The notes below the pieces were generated by a model. The model did no database searches. It saw nothing but the letters and a program-made list of their open reading frames with translations, and was not told the DNA's origin. Source: Terriglobia bacterium (lineage in GTDB: Bacteria; Acidobacteriota; Terriglobia; JAJPHL01; JAPKYU01). From it: a stretch of DNA of 64,000 nt. Both the position numbers and the translations under genes were made by a program. The DNA lies in the NCBI GenBank assembly GCA_965206645.1, contig CBDBKE010000004.1, forward strand, positions 1,824,001-1,888,000. The letters run 5' to 3'. Shown here piece after piece: positions 29,186-39,214 of the stretch. Positions within the stretch are counted from its first letter, which is position 1, and each line of letters starts with the position of its first letter.

Positions 29186-30496
29186 CTAGCCGGAACCAGT
29201 CGAGAGAGGCGACGTTGGCACTGGGTAGGCGCACTGGATCAGGGTGCGTTGGGAGAAGGGCAGGTAGGCCAACCCGACAACGCAGGCCAGAGCTATCGCC
29301 CAAGGGATTTTCGGCACCAGCAGCAGGGGCGAGGAGGCCCACAGGGCGTCCAGCGCCAGCAGCGCGGGAAACAGCCGGCGGAACTTGACCCCGGTCTCGC
29401 GGTGGTCCAGCCCCACGGCCGAAAGCAGGTAAAGACGCACAGCAATCCCGCACATGGCCGAGACAATGACCAGGGGCAGGGTGAGCCAGGCGGGCATCAG
29501 CAGCACGCCTTCCAGAGTTTGTTCAACCGAATCGGTGTAGCGCAGGGCGGCGCCGTAGATGCTCAGGTAGCCCAATTGAATAACCAGCAGCAAGGCCCGA
29601 GCCACGCGGCGGGGCATGGGGAAAGGATCCGGTGGTGGTGGGATGGCACGCTCGCCGTCAGTTAGGGGGTGTTGGACCTGTTTCAAGTCCACCAGCAGTT
29701 CCCGCACCGACTGGTACCGCTCCCCCGGCCGCTTGCGAAGACACTTGTGGACGATGCGCTCCAGTTCCGCTGGAGCTTGGGGTAGCCAACGGGCCAGGCT
29801 GGGCGGGTCCTCTTTCAGGATGTTGCCAATCGTCGAGGGAGGGCTTTTGCCGACGAAGGGATGGCGTTGCGCGGCTATCTCGTACAGCGTCACACCAAAG
29901 GAAAAGATGTCGCTGCGGTGGTCCACATCCTCGGCCTGCAATTGTTCCGGAGACATGTAGTTGACAGTGCCCACGAGACGCCCGCCAAGCGTCGAACGAG
30001 TGGAGAGGTCGTTGTCGCCCAGCAGTTTGGCCACGCCAAAGTCCAGGATCTTCACTCCGTCGTCGGGGCCGTCGGGGCTAATCATCACGTTTTCCGGTTT
30101 CAAGTCCCGGTGAACAATCCCGGCTTTGTGTGCCGCGGCCAGACCTTCGGCGATGCGGATGAAGATGGATAGGATTTCCTGTAGGCGCAGGGTGCGCTTG
30201 CACATCAGCTCGCGCAGGTTGCTCCCCTCCACGTACTCGTAAACGATGAAGACCAAGTCGCCGACGATTTCAAAGTCGTGGACGGTGGCGATGACAGGGT
30301 GGTTCAGCGCCGAGGCGGCGCGCGCCTCGGTGGCCAGGCGCCGGCGCAGCGTGGGCTCGGCGACCGATTCGGGCAGCAGCATCTTTAGGGCGACCGCCCG
30401 GCCTAACCGCGTGTCCCTCGCCCGATAGACAACCCCCATGCCTCCCTGGCCGAGTTTTTCCTCGATCCGGTAGTGTGAAATGGTTTGTCCGACCAT
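29186..30496 (-). CDS. Hanks-type Ser/Thr protein kinase with C-terminal membrane helices
   Basis: GQGGMG.VY, VALK, HRDLKPEN, DFG and YMSPEQ; about four hydrophobic segments at the C-terminus. Confidence 0.95.
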   Translation of the reverse strand: MVGQTISHYRIEEKLGQGGMGVVYRARDTRLGRAVALKMLLPESVAEPTLRRRLATEARAASALNHPVIATVHDFEIVGDLVFIVYEYVEGSNLRELMCKRTLRLQEILSIFIRIAEGLAAAHKAGIVHRDLKPENVMISPDGPDDGVKILDFGVAKLLGDNDLSTRSTLGGRLVGTVNYMSPEQLQAEDVDHRSDIFSFGVTLYEIAAQRHPFVGKSPPSTIGNILKEDPPSLARWLPQAPAELERIVHKCLRKRPGERYQSVRELLVDLKQVQHPLTDGERAIPPPPDPFPMPRRVARALLLVIQLGYLSIYGAALRYTDSVEQTLEGVLLMPAWLTLPLVIVSAMCGIAVRLYLLSAVGLDHRETGVKFRRLFPALLALDALWASSPLLLVPKIPWAIALACVVGLAYLPFSQRTLIQCAYPVPTSPLSTGSG

Positions 30497-30794
30497 GACG
30501 AACAGGTGCTTTCTGTGCCGCCTCGGCGGTCCGGATCACCAACTTGTATGGCAATCGAGACTAACATAAGCTGGCAGATGACGCAGGGTGCAAGATGACC
30601 GGAGGCAGATGGGCGGGTCCGGCAGAGCCGGCCGTACGGACCTCGAATGCCTACAAGTCACGGAACGGCAGGTTCCATAACCGTCCACAGCGCGGTTTTC
30701 CCCGTTCGAGCTTTCAGACTTGCATTTGAAGCTAAAATGGCTCAGTATAAGCGGTTTGCAGGGAGTGCCGAATTTCAAGTCTGGCAGAGACTCC

Positions 30795-32654
30795 ATGGCT
30801 GAAACACCACCTGAAACAACGAACGCTGTGCCAGCGGGCCGGGAGACACCGGAACTGAGAAGCAATGGGCCGGGCGCCGACGGGAACCACAGCGGCAAAC
30901 TGATCGTCCTGACCGCGCCGCTAACGGAAACCATCGACCACGCCGGCTACTTCATCCAGATGGCCATGGCCTCCATGCCGATCTGGATGGAGTTTGTGTT
31001 GAACCGCAAGTACCCGAACTGGCGGGACGTGGAGTACAACGAGGATGGCACGGCGCGTTACATGCCGGCAGGCGTTCGGCTGCTGGAGAAGTCACTGCTG
31101 CGGGAGTTCCCCAGGGAAGACATGGCAGCCTGTTACCCGGACGACCTGGAGAAGTTCATTGGCCCCAATACCCGTATCGTGGCGGTTTCGACCCACAATC
31201 CCTTGGGGGTGACCTTCGCCGCTGGTGTCTACGCCTCCATCTTCGGCTCTTCGCGGTCCCCGATTAACTCCCACTACGCCAAACAACTCTTTTACAAGAT
31301 CAAGGAAAGCTCCCACCGGGACAATTTCAAGGTGATTGTCGGCGGCTCGGGTGGATGGCAGATCGCGCAAACCAACAGCTATGATGAGTTGAGCGTAGAT
31401 ACCGTCGTGGATGGCCGCAGCGAATCAACCGACACGCTGGCCCTGTTCCACCAAGCGATTCGCGGTGAAGCGCTGCCGCGGCAGGTGGAGGTGGCGCATC
31501 CCATGGCCCGCGACGAGATTCTCACTCCGGACGCCCGAACAACCTTTGGCGTGGTCGAGATGACCACCGGTTGTGGCCGCCGCTGCCAGTTCTGCCTGCC
31601 AGATTTGAATCCGGCACTGGACGTTCCCAAACAGAACATCATGGCCGCCGTGCAGGCCAACGTCCGGGACGGCAACAATCAGATCTCGCTGGCCACCGAA
31701 GACATGTTCATTTGGGGACAGATCCGGACCGATACGCCCTTCTTCTTTCCCAACCGCGAGGCATTGTTGGATCTGTACGGTGAGATCGTAAACACCCCGG
31801 GTGTCGAAAATCATGTCTTGAGCCATTGCACGATGGCGCCCTTCGTGGTGGATCCACTCTTGATCAAGAAGCTTTCCGAGATTCTGCTGCCGAAAAGTCC
31901 CATTCATCTGCCGCGCTTGAGCACCCACCCGCAGAAGAAGGCGATCTCCCCGCTGATCGGCCTGGAGACCGGCTCGGTCCGTACCGCCAAGAAGATCATG
32001 CCCAGCAAGGGCGTGCCGTTTTTCATCGAAGACTGGCCCAGCGTGGTGCTGGAAGGTCTCCGGGTTGCCAACGAAAACAACTGGTTTCCGGTGATGACGC
32101 TGATCGTGGGCAGCCCCGGCGAGGCCGATGAAGACGTGATGGCCACGCTGGACCTGATTTACGAGATGGAGCGACGCGGCTTGTTCGCCATTCTGGTGCC
32201 CTCCATCTTCACGCCCCTGCACGATACCCGCTTGGAGGCGTCCATGGGCGTGACCGAAACGCAGCAACTGACTCCGCTGCAGTGGCAGCTCATCCTGAAG
32301 TGCTGGAAATTTGATCTGCGCCCTGCCCTGCAAAGCTGGTGGGGTCCCACCGTCTGGCGTGTGGGTTCCATCAGCATGTGGCTCTACAAGCTGCGGCGGC
32401 TCAACGGGCCGAACTTCACCTGGCCGTTGTGGATGTTTTCCGGGGCTGTCCCGGAGAAGTTGCTGGCCTGGATGGGAAAGATTTACATCGGCAAGCCGCT
32501 GAAGACCAAGACCCGCAAAGAATTGATCGCCTCAGTGAAGCCCCATTACTTACAATATTTTCGCGCGGACAACGAAGACCTTCCCGACCACTACACGCCG
32601 CCCCGGCCCGACCCGCAAGCCCGAGCCCAGGAACCCCTGCGAGTCGTTTCCTGA
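30795..32654 (+). CDS. Radical SAM protein resembling the archaeal GDGT ring synthase (Grs) family
   Basis: CGRRCQFC, KVIVGG and GLETGS. Motif order matches GrsA/B as I recall them (no alignment run). Start placed at MAETPPE. Confidence 0.78.
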   Translation: MAETPPETTNAVPAGRETPELRSNGPGADGNHSGKLIVLTAPLTETIDHAGYFIQMAMASMPIWMEFVLNRKYPNWRDVEYNEDGTARYMPAGVRLLEKSLLREFPREDMAACYPDDLEKFIGPNTRIVAVSTHNPLGVTFAAGVYASIFGSSRSPINSHYAKQLFYKIKESSHRDNFKVIVGGSGGWQIAQTNSYDELSVDTVVDGRSESTDTLALFHQAIRGEALPRQVEVAHPMARDEILTPDARTTFGVVEMTTGCGRRCQFCLPDLNPALDVPKQNIMAAVQANVRDGNNQISLATEDMFIWGQIRTDTPFFFPNREALLDLYGEIVNTPGVENHVLSHCTMAPFVVDPLLIKKLSEILLPKSPIHLPRLSTHPQKKAISPLIGLETGSVRTAKKIMPSKGVPFFIEDWPSVVLEGLRVANENNWFPVMTLIVGSPGEADEDVMATLDLIYEMERRGLFAILVPSIFTPLHDTRLEASMGVTETQQLTPLQWQLILKCWKFDLRPALQSWWGPTVWRVGSISMWLYKLRRLNGPNFTWPLWMFSGAVPEKLLAWMGKIYIGKPLKTKTRKELIASVKPHYLQYFRADNEDLPDHYTPPRPDPQARAQEPLRVVS

Positions 32655-32799
32655 ACCGCCAGTCTACGGTCCCAGGGCGCCCTCTCTGCATCAGAAGAAG
32701 TTGTTGAGCCTCGGTAGAAATCTACGCCAACAGATCAACGTCGAGCGGGGGTGGGTAAGGCTGCTCGGAGGGAAGGGATGCGGGCCTGAAAAGGTCAGC

Positions 32800-33300
32800 T
32801 CAGATGAAAAGTTCTTCGTCCTGAGTAGCGCGTTCGGGGGTCCGGCGGCGGCGGCCGACCAGGTGGTCCATGGCGACGCGGAGGCCATGCAGGAAGGCTT
32901 CTAGCTCCCGCACCGGCCGCACCAGGCTCTTCTCCATAAACTCTACGCTTCGTTCGATCCGGTTGAAGACATCTGCAACCAGTTGATCCGCACGGACCAC
33001 CTGGAGGCGGGTGCGATCGGTGGCTTCACTCATCAGCTTGTCGACCCGGCCCATTTGGGTCCGCGCGCCTTCGGAGAGCTCCTCCAGTGTTTCGGCGAGC
33101 CGGTCCACTTCCTTGCGGGTGCTTTCCACTAGGGAGCGGGCGCTAATGAGCAGAGGGGACAGGTCGCGATCCAGCAAACTCTGCACTCGCACCTGCAGGT
33201 CTCGGAAACCCAAGTAGAGGGCGACCAGCACACCCAGCTGCAGGACCACCGCCAGGCCGATCACCACGACGTAGATTGTTAGCCAGAGGGGAGCTTCCAT
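32800..33300 (-). CDS. Membrane-anchored coiled-coil protein (DUF948-like)
   Basis: N-terminal TM helix then amphipathic helices; lies 12 bp downstream of the YtxH-like gene. Confidence 0.7.
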   Translation of the reverse strand: MEAPLWLTIYVVVIGLAVVLQLGVLVALYLGFRDLQVRVQSLLDRDLSPLLISARSLVESTRKEVDRLAETLEELSEGARTQMGRVDKLMSEATDRTRLQVVRADQLVADVFNRIERSVEFMEKSLVRPVRELEAFLHGLRVAMDHLVGRRRRTPERATQDEELFI

Positions 33301-33312
33301 CTGAGGCCAGTC

Positions 33313-33612
33313 TCAGTTCTTGGAACCGGAAGGTTCGCTGGCATCGCGGTAGGCTCGCTTACCGGCATCCACCGCCGACTGAAGATTCTCCTTCTGCCTC
33401 GCCGCCGTGTCCTTACCTTTGGCGATGTAGTCGTCGGCCTGATCGCGCAGTTCGCGGCTCCGGCGCTTGACGAACTCGCGCCCTTCATCGGCCTTGTGGG
33501 TGAGTAGCTCGCGGGTCTCCTCTCCGGTCCGAGGAGCGTACAGAATGCCAATCACGATGCCCATCCCTACCCCGACCAGGAAACAACCGAATTTCCCATC
33601 GCTATCTGCCAT
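33313..33612 (-). CDS. YtxH-domain protein
   Basis: FLVG.G.G..IGILYAP..GEETR motif; GGAGG RBS. Confidence 0.85.
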   Translation of the reverse strand: MADSDGKFGCFLVGVGMGIVIGILYAPRTGEETRELLTHKADEGREFVKRRSRELRDQADDYIAKGKDTAARQKENLQSAVDAGKRAYRDASEPSGSKN

Positions 33613-33697
33613 AAGAACCTCCCATTGCCAGCAACGCGATGTTAACACGGTTCGCCTTCGGCGGAAACCGAAAACGGGGCAGCGCGGCGCAACCCGC

Positions 33698-35557
33698 TCA
33701 GCCAGCGGGACCGTGCAGGTGCTGGAAGATCCGTGCTGCCTGGGCACGGCCGGCCACCCGCGCCAGTTGTTCCTCGGAGACCTGCCGCAACGCCTGCAGG
33801 CTGCCGAATTGTTGGAGCAGTTTGCGCGCTGTCTTTTCGCCGATGCCGGGAATCTCCAGTAGCTCGGTGGTCAGCTGGCGAGACTCCCGGCGGTGGCGGT
33901 GGAAGCTGACGGCGAAGCGATGGGCCTCATCCCGAACCATCTGCACCAGGTGCAGCAGGGGGGAGTGGCGGTCCAACACCACCGGCTCGTCCTCCTGCTC
34001 GTACACGTAGATGACCTCCTCCTTTTTGGCGATGGCCGCCAGCGGCTGGTTGATGATGCCGCATTGCTCCAGCGCGGCCGCGGCGGCGTGGAGCTGTCCC
34101 AGGCCGCCGTCCACCAGCACCAGCCCCGGCAGCGGCTTCTGCTCCTCCTGGAGGCGCCGGTAGCGGCGGGCCACCACCTCGCGCATGCTGGCGAAGTCGT
34201 CGCTGCCCTCCACCGTGCGGATGATGAACTTGCGGTACTCCCCCTTCCGCATCTTCCCGTCCTCCCAGACAACCAAGGAGCCCACTGTGTCGGAGCCCTG
34301 CACGTGGGAAATATCGAAGCACTCGATGCGTCGCGGCGGCTCCGGCAGGCCGAGTCCCTCCTGTAACGCTTCCGCGATGGCTTTTGAGGAGGGCTTCAGC
34401 ACGCGAAAGCGCTGGTCGAAGCTGTGGCGGGCGTTCTTCTCCACCAATTCCAGCAGCGCCCGCTTCTGGCCGCGCTGCGGGGTGTGCATCTCCACCCGGC
34501 GCCCCTTCTTCTCCGACAGAACTTCGGCCAGCAGCTCGCGGTCGTCGAAGTCCACCGGAACGTGGATGGACGAGGGGACGAACTCCTGGTCCAGGTAGAT
34601 CTGCTTGAGCAGCGAGGAAAAGAAGTGCGGGGCGCTGAAGCCAGCGGCATCGTCGGCGCCCTCGGCATCCTCGGCATCCTCGGCATTCTCTTCCGGCGGC
34701 AGATCCTCCCAGAAGAACTCGCGGCGGTCCACGACGCGCCCCTTGCGCAGGTGAAACAAGTTCAGAGCGACCAGCGCGCCCTCGCGGTAGAAACCGAAGA
34801 TGTCAATGTCGTCGCCCTGGGCAGCGGCCATCTTCTGCCGCTCGTGCAGGTCTTCGACCGTGGTTGCCAGGTCGCGACAGGCGGCTGCCTGCTCGAACTG
34901 TTGCTGCTCCGAGGCCTCCAGCATTCGCTGGCGCAGGCTCTTCAGCAGGTCGCCCGAGCGTCCTTCCAGGAACAGGCGCACATCGCGCACCGCCTCGGCG
35001 TAGCGCCCGTCGGTGGTGAGTCCGGGCACGCAGGGGCCCTGGCAGCGATGGATGTGGTACTGCAGGCAGGGGCGCGGGTGGGCCCGGGTCAGGTCCACTG
35101 TGCAGGACGGCACCAGGAAACAGCGGTGGATGAAGTGCACCAGCCGATGCGCCAAGTGCGCCGGGAAGTACGGGCCGTAATAAGTGGAGCCGTCCTTCTT
35201 CAGGCGGCGGGTTACATACACCCGTGGATACTTTTCCCTCGCCGTCAGCTTGATGTACGGGTAGGTCTTGTCGTCTCGCAGCAGGACGTTGTAACGCGGC
35301 TGGAGCTGCTTGATCAGGTTGTTTTCTAGCGCCAACGCTTCCCGCTCGTTGTCCACCAGGATGTAGTGGACATCTACCGCATCCCGCAGCAGCGAGTCCG
35401 TCTTGGCGTTTTCGGCCTTCCCCTCCAGAAAGTAGCTGCGGATGCGATGCCGCAATGATTTCGACTTGCCCACGTAGATGGCTTGGCCGGTGGCGTTCAG
35501 GAATTGATACACGCCCGGCGCGGCGGGCAGCCCGGCGATTTTTTCCGGCGAAACCAT
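33698..35557 (-). CDS. uvrC: Excinuclease ABC subunit UvrC
   Basis: PGVY, IYVGK, PRYNVLLRDDK.YPY, IECFDISH, VDGG.GQ, RDEAHRFA and C-terminal HhH. Confidence 0.96.
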   Translation of the reverse strand: MVSPEKIAGLPAAPGVYQFLNATGQAIYVGKSKSLRHRIRSYFLEGKAENAKTDSLLRDAVDVHYILVDNEREALALENNLIKQLQPRYNVLLRDDKTYPYIKLTAREKYPRVYVTRRLKKDGSTYYGPYFPAHLAHRLVHFIHRCFLVPSCTVDLTRAHPRPCLQYHIHRCQGPCVPGLTTDGRYAEAVRDVRLFLEGRSGDLLKSLRQRMLEASEQQQFEQAAACRDLATTVEDLHERQKMAAAQGDDIDIFGFYREGALVALNLFHLRKGRVVDRREFFWEDLPPEENAEDAEDAEGADDAAGFSAPHFFSSLLKQIYLDQEFVPSSIHVPVDFDDRELLAEVLSEKKGRRVEMHTPQRGQKRALLELVEKNARHSFDQRFRVLKPSSKAIAEALQEGLGLPEPPRRIECFDISHVQGSDTVGSLVVWEDGKMRKGEYRKFIIRTVEGSDDFASMREVVARRYRRLQEEQKPLPGLVLVDGGLGQLHAAAAALEQCGIINQPLAAIAKKEEVIYVYEQEDEPVVLDRHSPLLHLVQMVRDEAHRFAVSFHRHRRESRQLTTELLEIPGIGEKTARKLLQQFGSLQALRQVSEEQLARVAGRAQAARIFQHLHGPAG

Positions 35558-35674
35558 CGCTTCTATTTTACGCTACCGCCCCGCGGCCGGAGGGAAAGCC
35601 CGTATTGCTGAATTGGGGTATGATTCTCCCAACGGCAGAATCGGCTGCCCTGCATCTTTGCCTGGGAGCCCGCG

Positions 35675-36769
35675 ATGACGAGCACAAGAACCGTTTGGCT
35701 GCTGGTGGGAATATTGTGTCTGGCCTCCTTTGCCGTGGCCCAAGACACGGCCTGGGAGAAATACAACGAGGCCGGAGTGGAGGCTTATGAGCAAGGCCGC
35801 TACACCGAGGCCGAGAAGCAGTGGAAGGCTGCCCTCAAGGAAGCGGAAAAGTTTGGCCCGAACGATTCGCGCTTGGCCACCAGCCTGAACAACCTGGCGG
35901 TGCTTTACAAGGCCCAGGGCAAGTACGGGCAGGCCGAGCCGCTCTACAAGCGGTCGCTGGCAATCAAGGAAAAGGCCCTGGGGCGGGAGCATCCGAGCGT
36001 GGCCACAAGCCTCAACAATCTCGCGGTGCTCTACGACGCCCAAGGCAAGTATGCCGAGGCTGAGCCGCTCTACCTGCGCACCATCGCGATTGATGAGAAG
36101 GCATTGGGACCGGACCACCCAGATGTTGCGACGGGCCTCAACAACCTAGCGGTGCTCTACAAAACGCAGGGCCAGTACACCGAAGCCGAGCCACTCTACC
36201 GGCGGGCGCTAGCAATTGCTGAGAAGGCCCTGGGGCCGGAGCACCCGGATGTAGCCGTCAGCCTCAACAACCTGGCGGAACTCTACCGCGCCTAGGGCCA
36301 GTATGCCGAAGCCGTGCCGCACTTTGGTCGGGCGCTAGCCATCTGGGAGAAGGTCCTGGGGCCGGAGCATCCGCACGTGGCTGCCAGCCTCAGCGGCGTG
36401 GGGTTGGTGTATCACGCCCAGGGCCAGTACGCCGAGGCGGAGCCGCTCTTGCGGCGCGCGCTGGCGATCATGGAGAAGGCGCTGGGCCCGGAGCATCCAA
36501 GCGTGGCGACCAGCCTCAACAACCTGGCGGAACTCTACCGCGCCCAGGACCAGTATGCCGAGGCCGAGCCGCTTAATGGGAGAGCGCTGGCAATCTGGGA
36601 GAAGGCGCTGGGGCCGGAACATCCAAACGTGGCCCAGAGCCTGGAGAACTATGCTGAGCTTCTACGGAAGACGAATCGGGAGGCCGAGGCGGCACGACTG
36701 AAGGCCCGCGCCCAGGCCATCCGCGCCAAACACGCCCAAGAGAACCCCCAAAAGAATCCAAAGAAGTGA
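35675..36769 (+). pseudogene. Exported TPR-repeat protein with an in-frame TAG at 36293-36295
   Basis: 42-aa ATSLNNLA.LY..QG.Y.EAEPL repeats continue in the same frame across GCC TAG GGC; sister repeats have GCC CAG GGC. Confidence 0.88.
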
Positions 36770-36957
36770 TACCCGCGATCTGGGGAGAACTCCAAAAGCC
36801 AGGGCGAAGCCCCGAAGCCCGGAGATCTTTTCGGGGGAAACCATCGCTTCTATTTTGTGCCACGGCCCGATGACCGGAGGGGCCGCATTGCTGAGTTGGA
36901 GTATGATTCGCCCAAAGGGAGAATGGTCTGCCCTACCTCTCGCATTGGGAGGCCACG

Positions 36958-37677
36958 ATGACGACAATAAGAACTGTTTGGCTGCTGGTGTTGGGAGCAG
37001 TGTGTGTGGCCTCCTCCGCCGTGGTCCAAGACACGGCCTGGGAGAAGTACAACGGGGCCGGAATGGCGGCTTATGCGAGAGGCCGCCACGCTGAGGCCGA
37101 GAAGCATTGGAAGGCTGCGTTGAAGGAAGCAGAAAAGTTCGGAGAGCAAGACCCACGGCTAGCCACCAGCCTCAACAATTTGGGTATGCTCCAGAGCGGA
37201 CAGGGTAGATACACCGAGGCCGAGCCGCTCTTCCGCCGAGCGCTGGCAATCCGGGAGAAGGCCCTGGGGCCGAAACATCGCGAAGTGGCTCAGAGCCTCA
37301 ACAACCTGGCGGCACTTTACCAGGCCCAGGGCAGCCACGCCGAAGGCGAGCCGCTCTTGCGGCGGTCGGTAGCGATCCGGGAAAAGGCGCTGGGGCCGGA
37401 GCATCCTAGCGTGGCCATCAGCCTCAACAACCTGGCGTTGCTCTACCGCGCCCAGGGGAAGTACACCGAGGCCGAGCCGCTCTTCCGCCGGGCGCTGGCG
37501 GTTTGGGAGAAGGCCCTGGGGCCGGAGCATCCCAACGTGGCGATGGCTCTAGAGAATCATGCTGAGCTTCTACGGAAGACGAATCGGGCGGCCGAGGCGG
37601 CCAAAATGGAGGCCCGCGCCCAGGCCATCCGAGCCAAACACGCCCAAGAGAACCCCCCAAAGAATCCAAAGAAGTGA
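36958..37677 (+). CDS. Exported TPR-repeat protein, shorter tandem paralog
   Basis: Similar signal peptide, same QDTAWEKYN segment and nearly identical KHAQENP.KNPKK end as the upstream copy. Confidence 0.9.
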   Translation: MTTIRTVWLLVLGAVCVASSAVVQDTAWEKYNGAGMAAYARGRHAEAEKHWKAALKEAEKFGEQDPRLATSLNNLGMLQSGQGRYTEAEPLFRRALAIREKALGPKHREVAQSLNNLAALYQAQGSHAEGEPLLRRSVAIREKALGPEHPSVAISLNNLALLYRAQGKYTEAEPLFRRALAVWEKALGPEHPNVAMALENHAELLRKTNRAAEAAKMEARAQAIRAKHAQENPPKNPKK

Positions 37678-37879
37678 TGCGTACGATCTGGGCAGAGCCC
37701 AAAAACCGGGGCGAAACCCCGGCCGCCAGAGGGCGTTTCTGCGGCTGCCAGCCATCGAGCAAAGCGATATGGCCGAACGTAGGTTCGCAGAACGTGTGTA
37801 AAGACTTGCAGAATCAATAGGAAACAAGTATCCTGATGGACTTGTTTGATTGCCGGGCTCGATCGCCGGAAAGAGATCC

Positions 37880-38737
37880 ATGAGTAACACGGCCACGTTG
37901 TTGAGTTCGGTGCCCGCGGTTCGAGAGCGCTTTTCTCCCGAAAAAGCTGTCATTCTCCTGGGACTCCACCTCGGAGCGATTGGTGCCCTGTGGCATACGA
38001 GCTGGGCAGCGGTGGCAGTCTGCTTCCTGCTCCACTGGGTCTGCGGCGGGCTGGGGATTTGCGTGGGTTACCATCGTCTGCTCACGCATCGGTCGTTCCG
38101 GTGTCCGCGCGCGTTGGAATACGCTCTGGCTCTGTTCGGCTCGCTCTCCCTGCACGGGGGACCGATTGAATGGGTCACTCATCATCGCCAGCACCATCAG
38201 TATCCGGACCAGGAGGGAGATCCCCACAACGCTCGCCAGAGTTTCTGGTGGAGTCACGTGTTCTGGATATTCTGGGACCATCCCCCCGAAGTTTCGCAAA
38301 AGCTCAACGAGCGCTACGTGCCCGACTTGCTGCGCGTGCCGTTCTACACCTTCCTGGCGCGGATGTATCCCTGGCTGGCAGTCTTACTGACGGTGCTGCT
38401 GTACGTCCTGGGCGGATGGCCTTTCGTGGTGTGGGGAGTATTCGTGCGTTTAGTGTTGACCTATCACTGCACTTTTTTAGTGAATTCAGCCAGCCATGGA
38501 TTTGGATACCAAAGTTTCCCCACCAATGATCTCTCCACCAACTCCTGGTGGGTGGCGCTGTTGTCCTACGGTGAGGGGTGGCACAACAACCACCACGCGT
38601 TTCCCACTTCGGCCCGGCACGGATTAAAGGCTTGGGAATTGGATCCCACCTACTGGTTCATCCGTTTGCTAAGCGCGGTGGGACTGGCATGGGACTTGCG
38701 TCTGCCGGTCCTCTCCAAAGAATCCGCGCGCTCGTGA
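37880..38737 (+). CDS. Membrane fatty acid desaturase (delta-9 type)
   Basis: His boxes HRLLTH, HRQHH and GEGWHNNHH. Confidence 0.93.
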   Translation: MSNTATLLSSVPAVRERFSPEKAVILLGLHLGAIGALWHTSWAAVAVCFLLHWVCGGLGICVGYHRLLTHRSFRCPRALEYALALFGSLSLHGGPIEWVTHHRQHHQYPDQEGDPHNARQSFWWSHVFWIFWDHPPEVSQKLNERYVPDLLRVPFYTFLARMYPWLAVLLTVLLYVLGGWPFVVWGVFVRLVLTYHCTFLVNSASHGFGYQSFPTNDLSTNSWWVALLSYGEGWHNNHHAFPTSARHGLKAWELDPTYWFIRLLSAVGLAWDLRLPVLSKESARS

Positions 38738-38859
38738 TTTTCGGGCCTGACGCACGTCGCGACCTTTTCCCTTTCCGGGAATCGTTGTCGAACGCTAGGC
38801 AGGGCGGAACTGCACTCTCTTTTTTCCGTTCGCGGCCTGTGCTAGCCTGGCAACGAATC

Positions 38860-39171
38860 ATGTCCGACAAAAGACAACACGCACGCATCTCCTGGCTGGT
38901 CGAGGCTCAGATATGGTGCCGCGACGAAGATGTGCATTGGGATGTGCGGCTCACCGACATCAGCGAAGGCGGCTGCTTTGTGGACACGCTGGTTCCGCTG
39001 GAGGAGGGATCGCGGGTGGCGCTGAAAGTGAAAGACGATGGCGGATCGTTGGAAATCCCAGGGAAGATTCTCTACGGCCAGCCGACCATCGGCTCGGCTA
39101 TCGCCTTCGAACCGCTGGACAACAGTGTTCGGCTGCGGATCCAGAAGATCACCGCCAGCACAGGGGCTTGA
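38860..39171 (+). CDS. Single-domain PilZ protein
   Basis: RQHAR and DISEGG motifs. Confidence 0.85.
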   Translation: MSDKRQHARISWLVEAQIWCRDEDVHWDVRLTDISEGGCFVDTLVPLEEGSRVALKVKDDGGSLEIPGKILYGQPTIGSAIAFEPLDNSVRLRIQKITASTGA

Positions 39172-39214
39172 GATCCCTACCGTAGGCTTCTGTCGTAGAA
39201 ATTGGAATCTGCTT

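Noticed and set aside
35675-37677. 126-bp periodic DNA as a CRISPR or non-coding array
   Set aside because: The periodicity is explained by in-frame 42-aa TPR repeats; there is no repeat-spacer structure and no cas gene.
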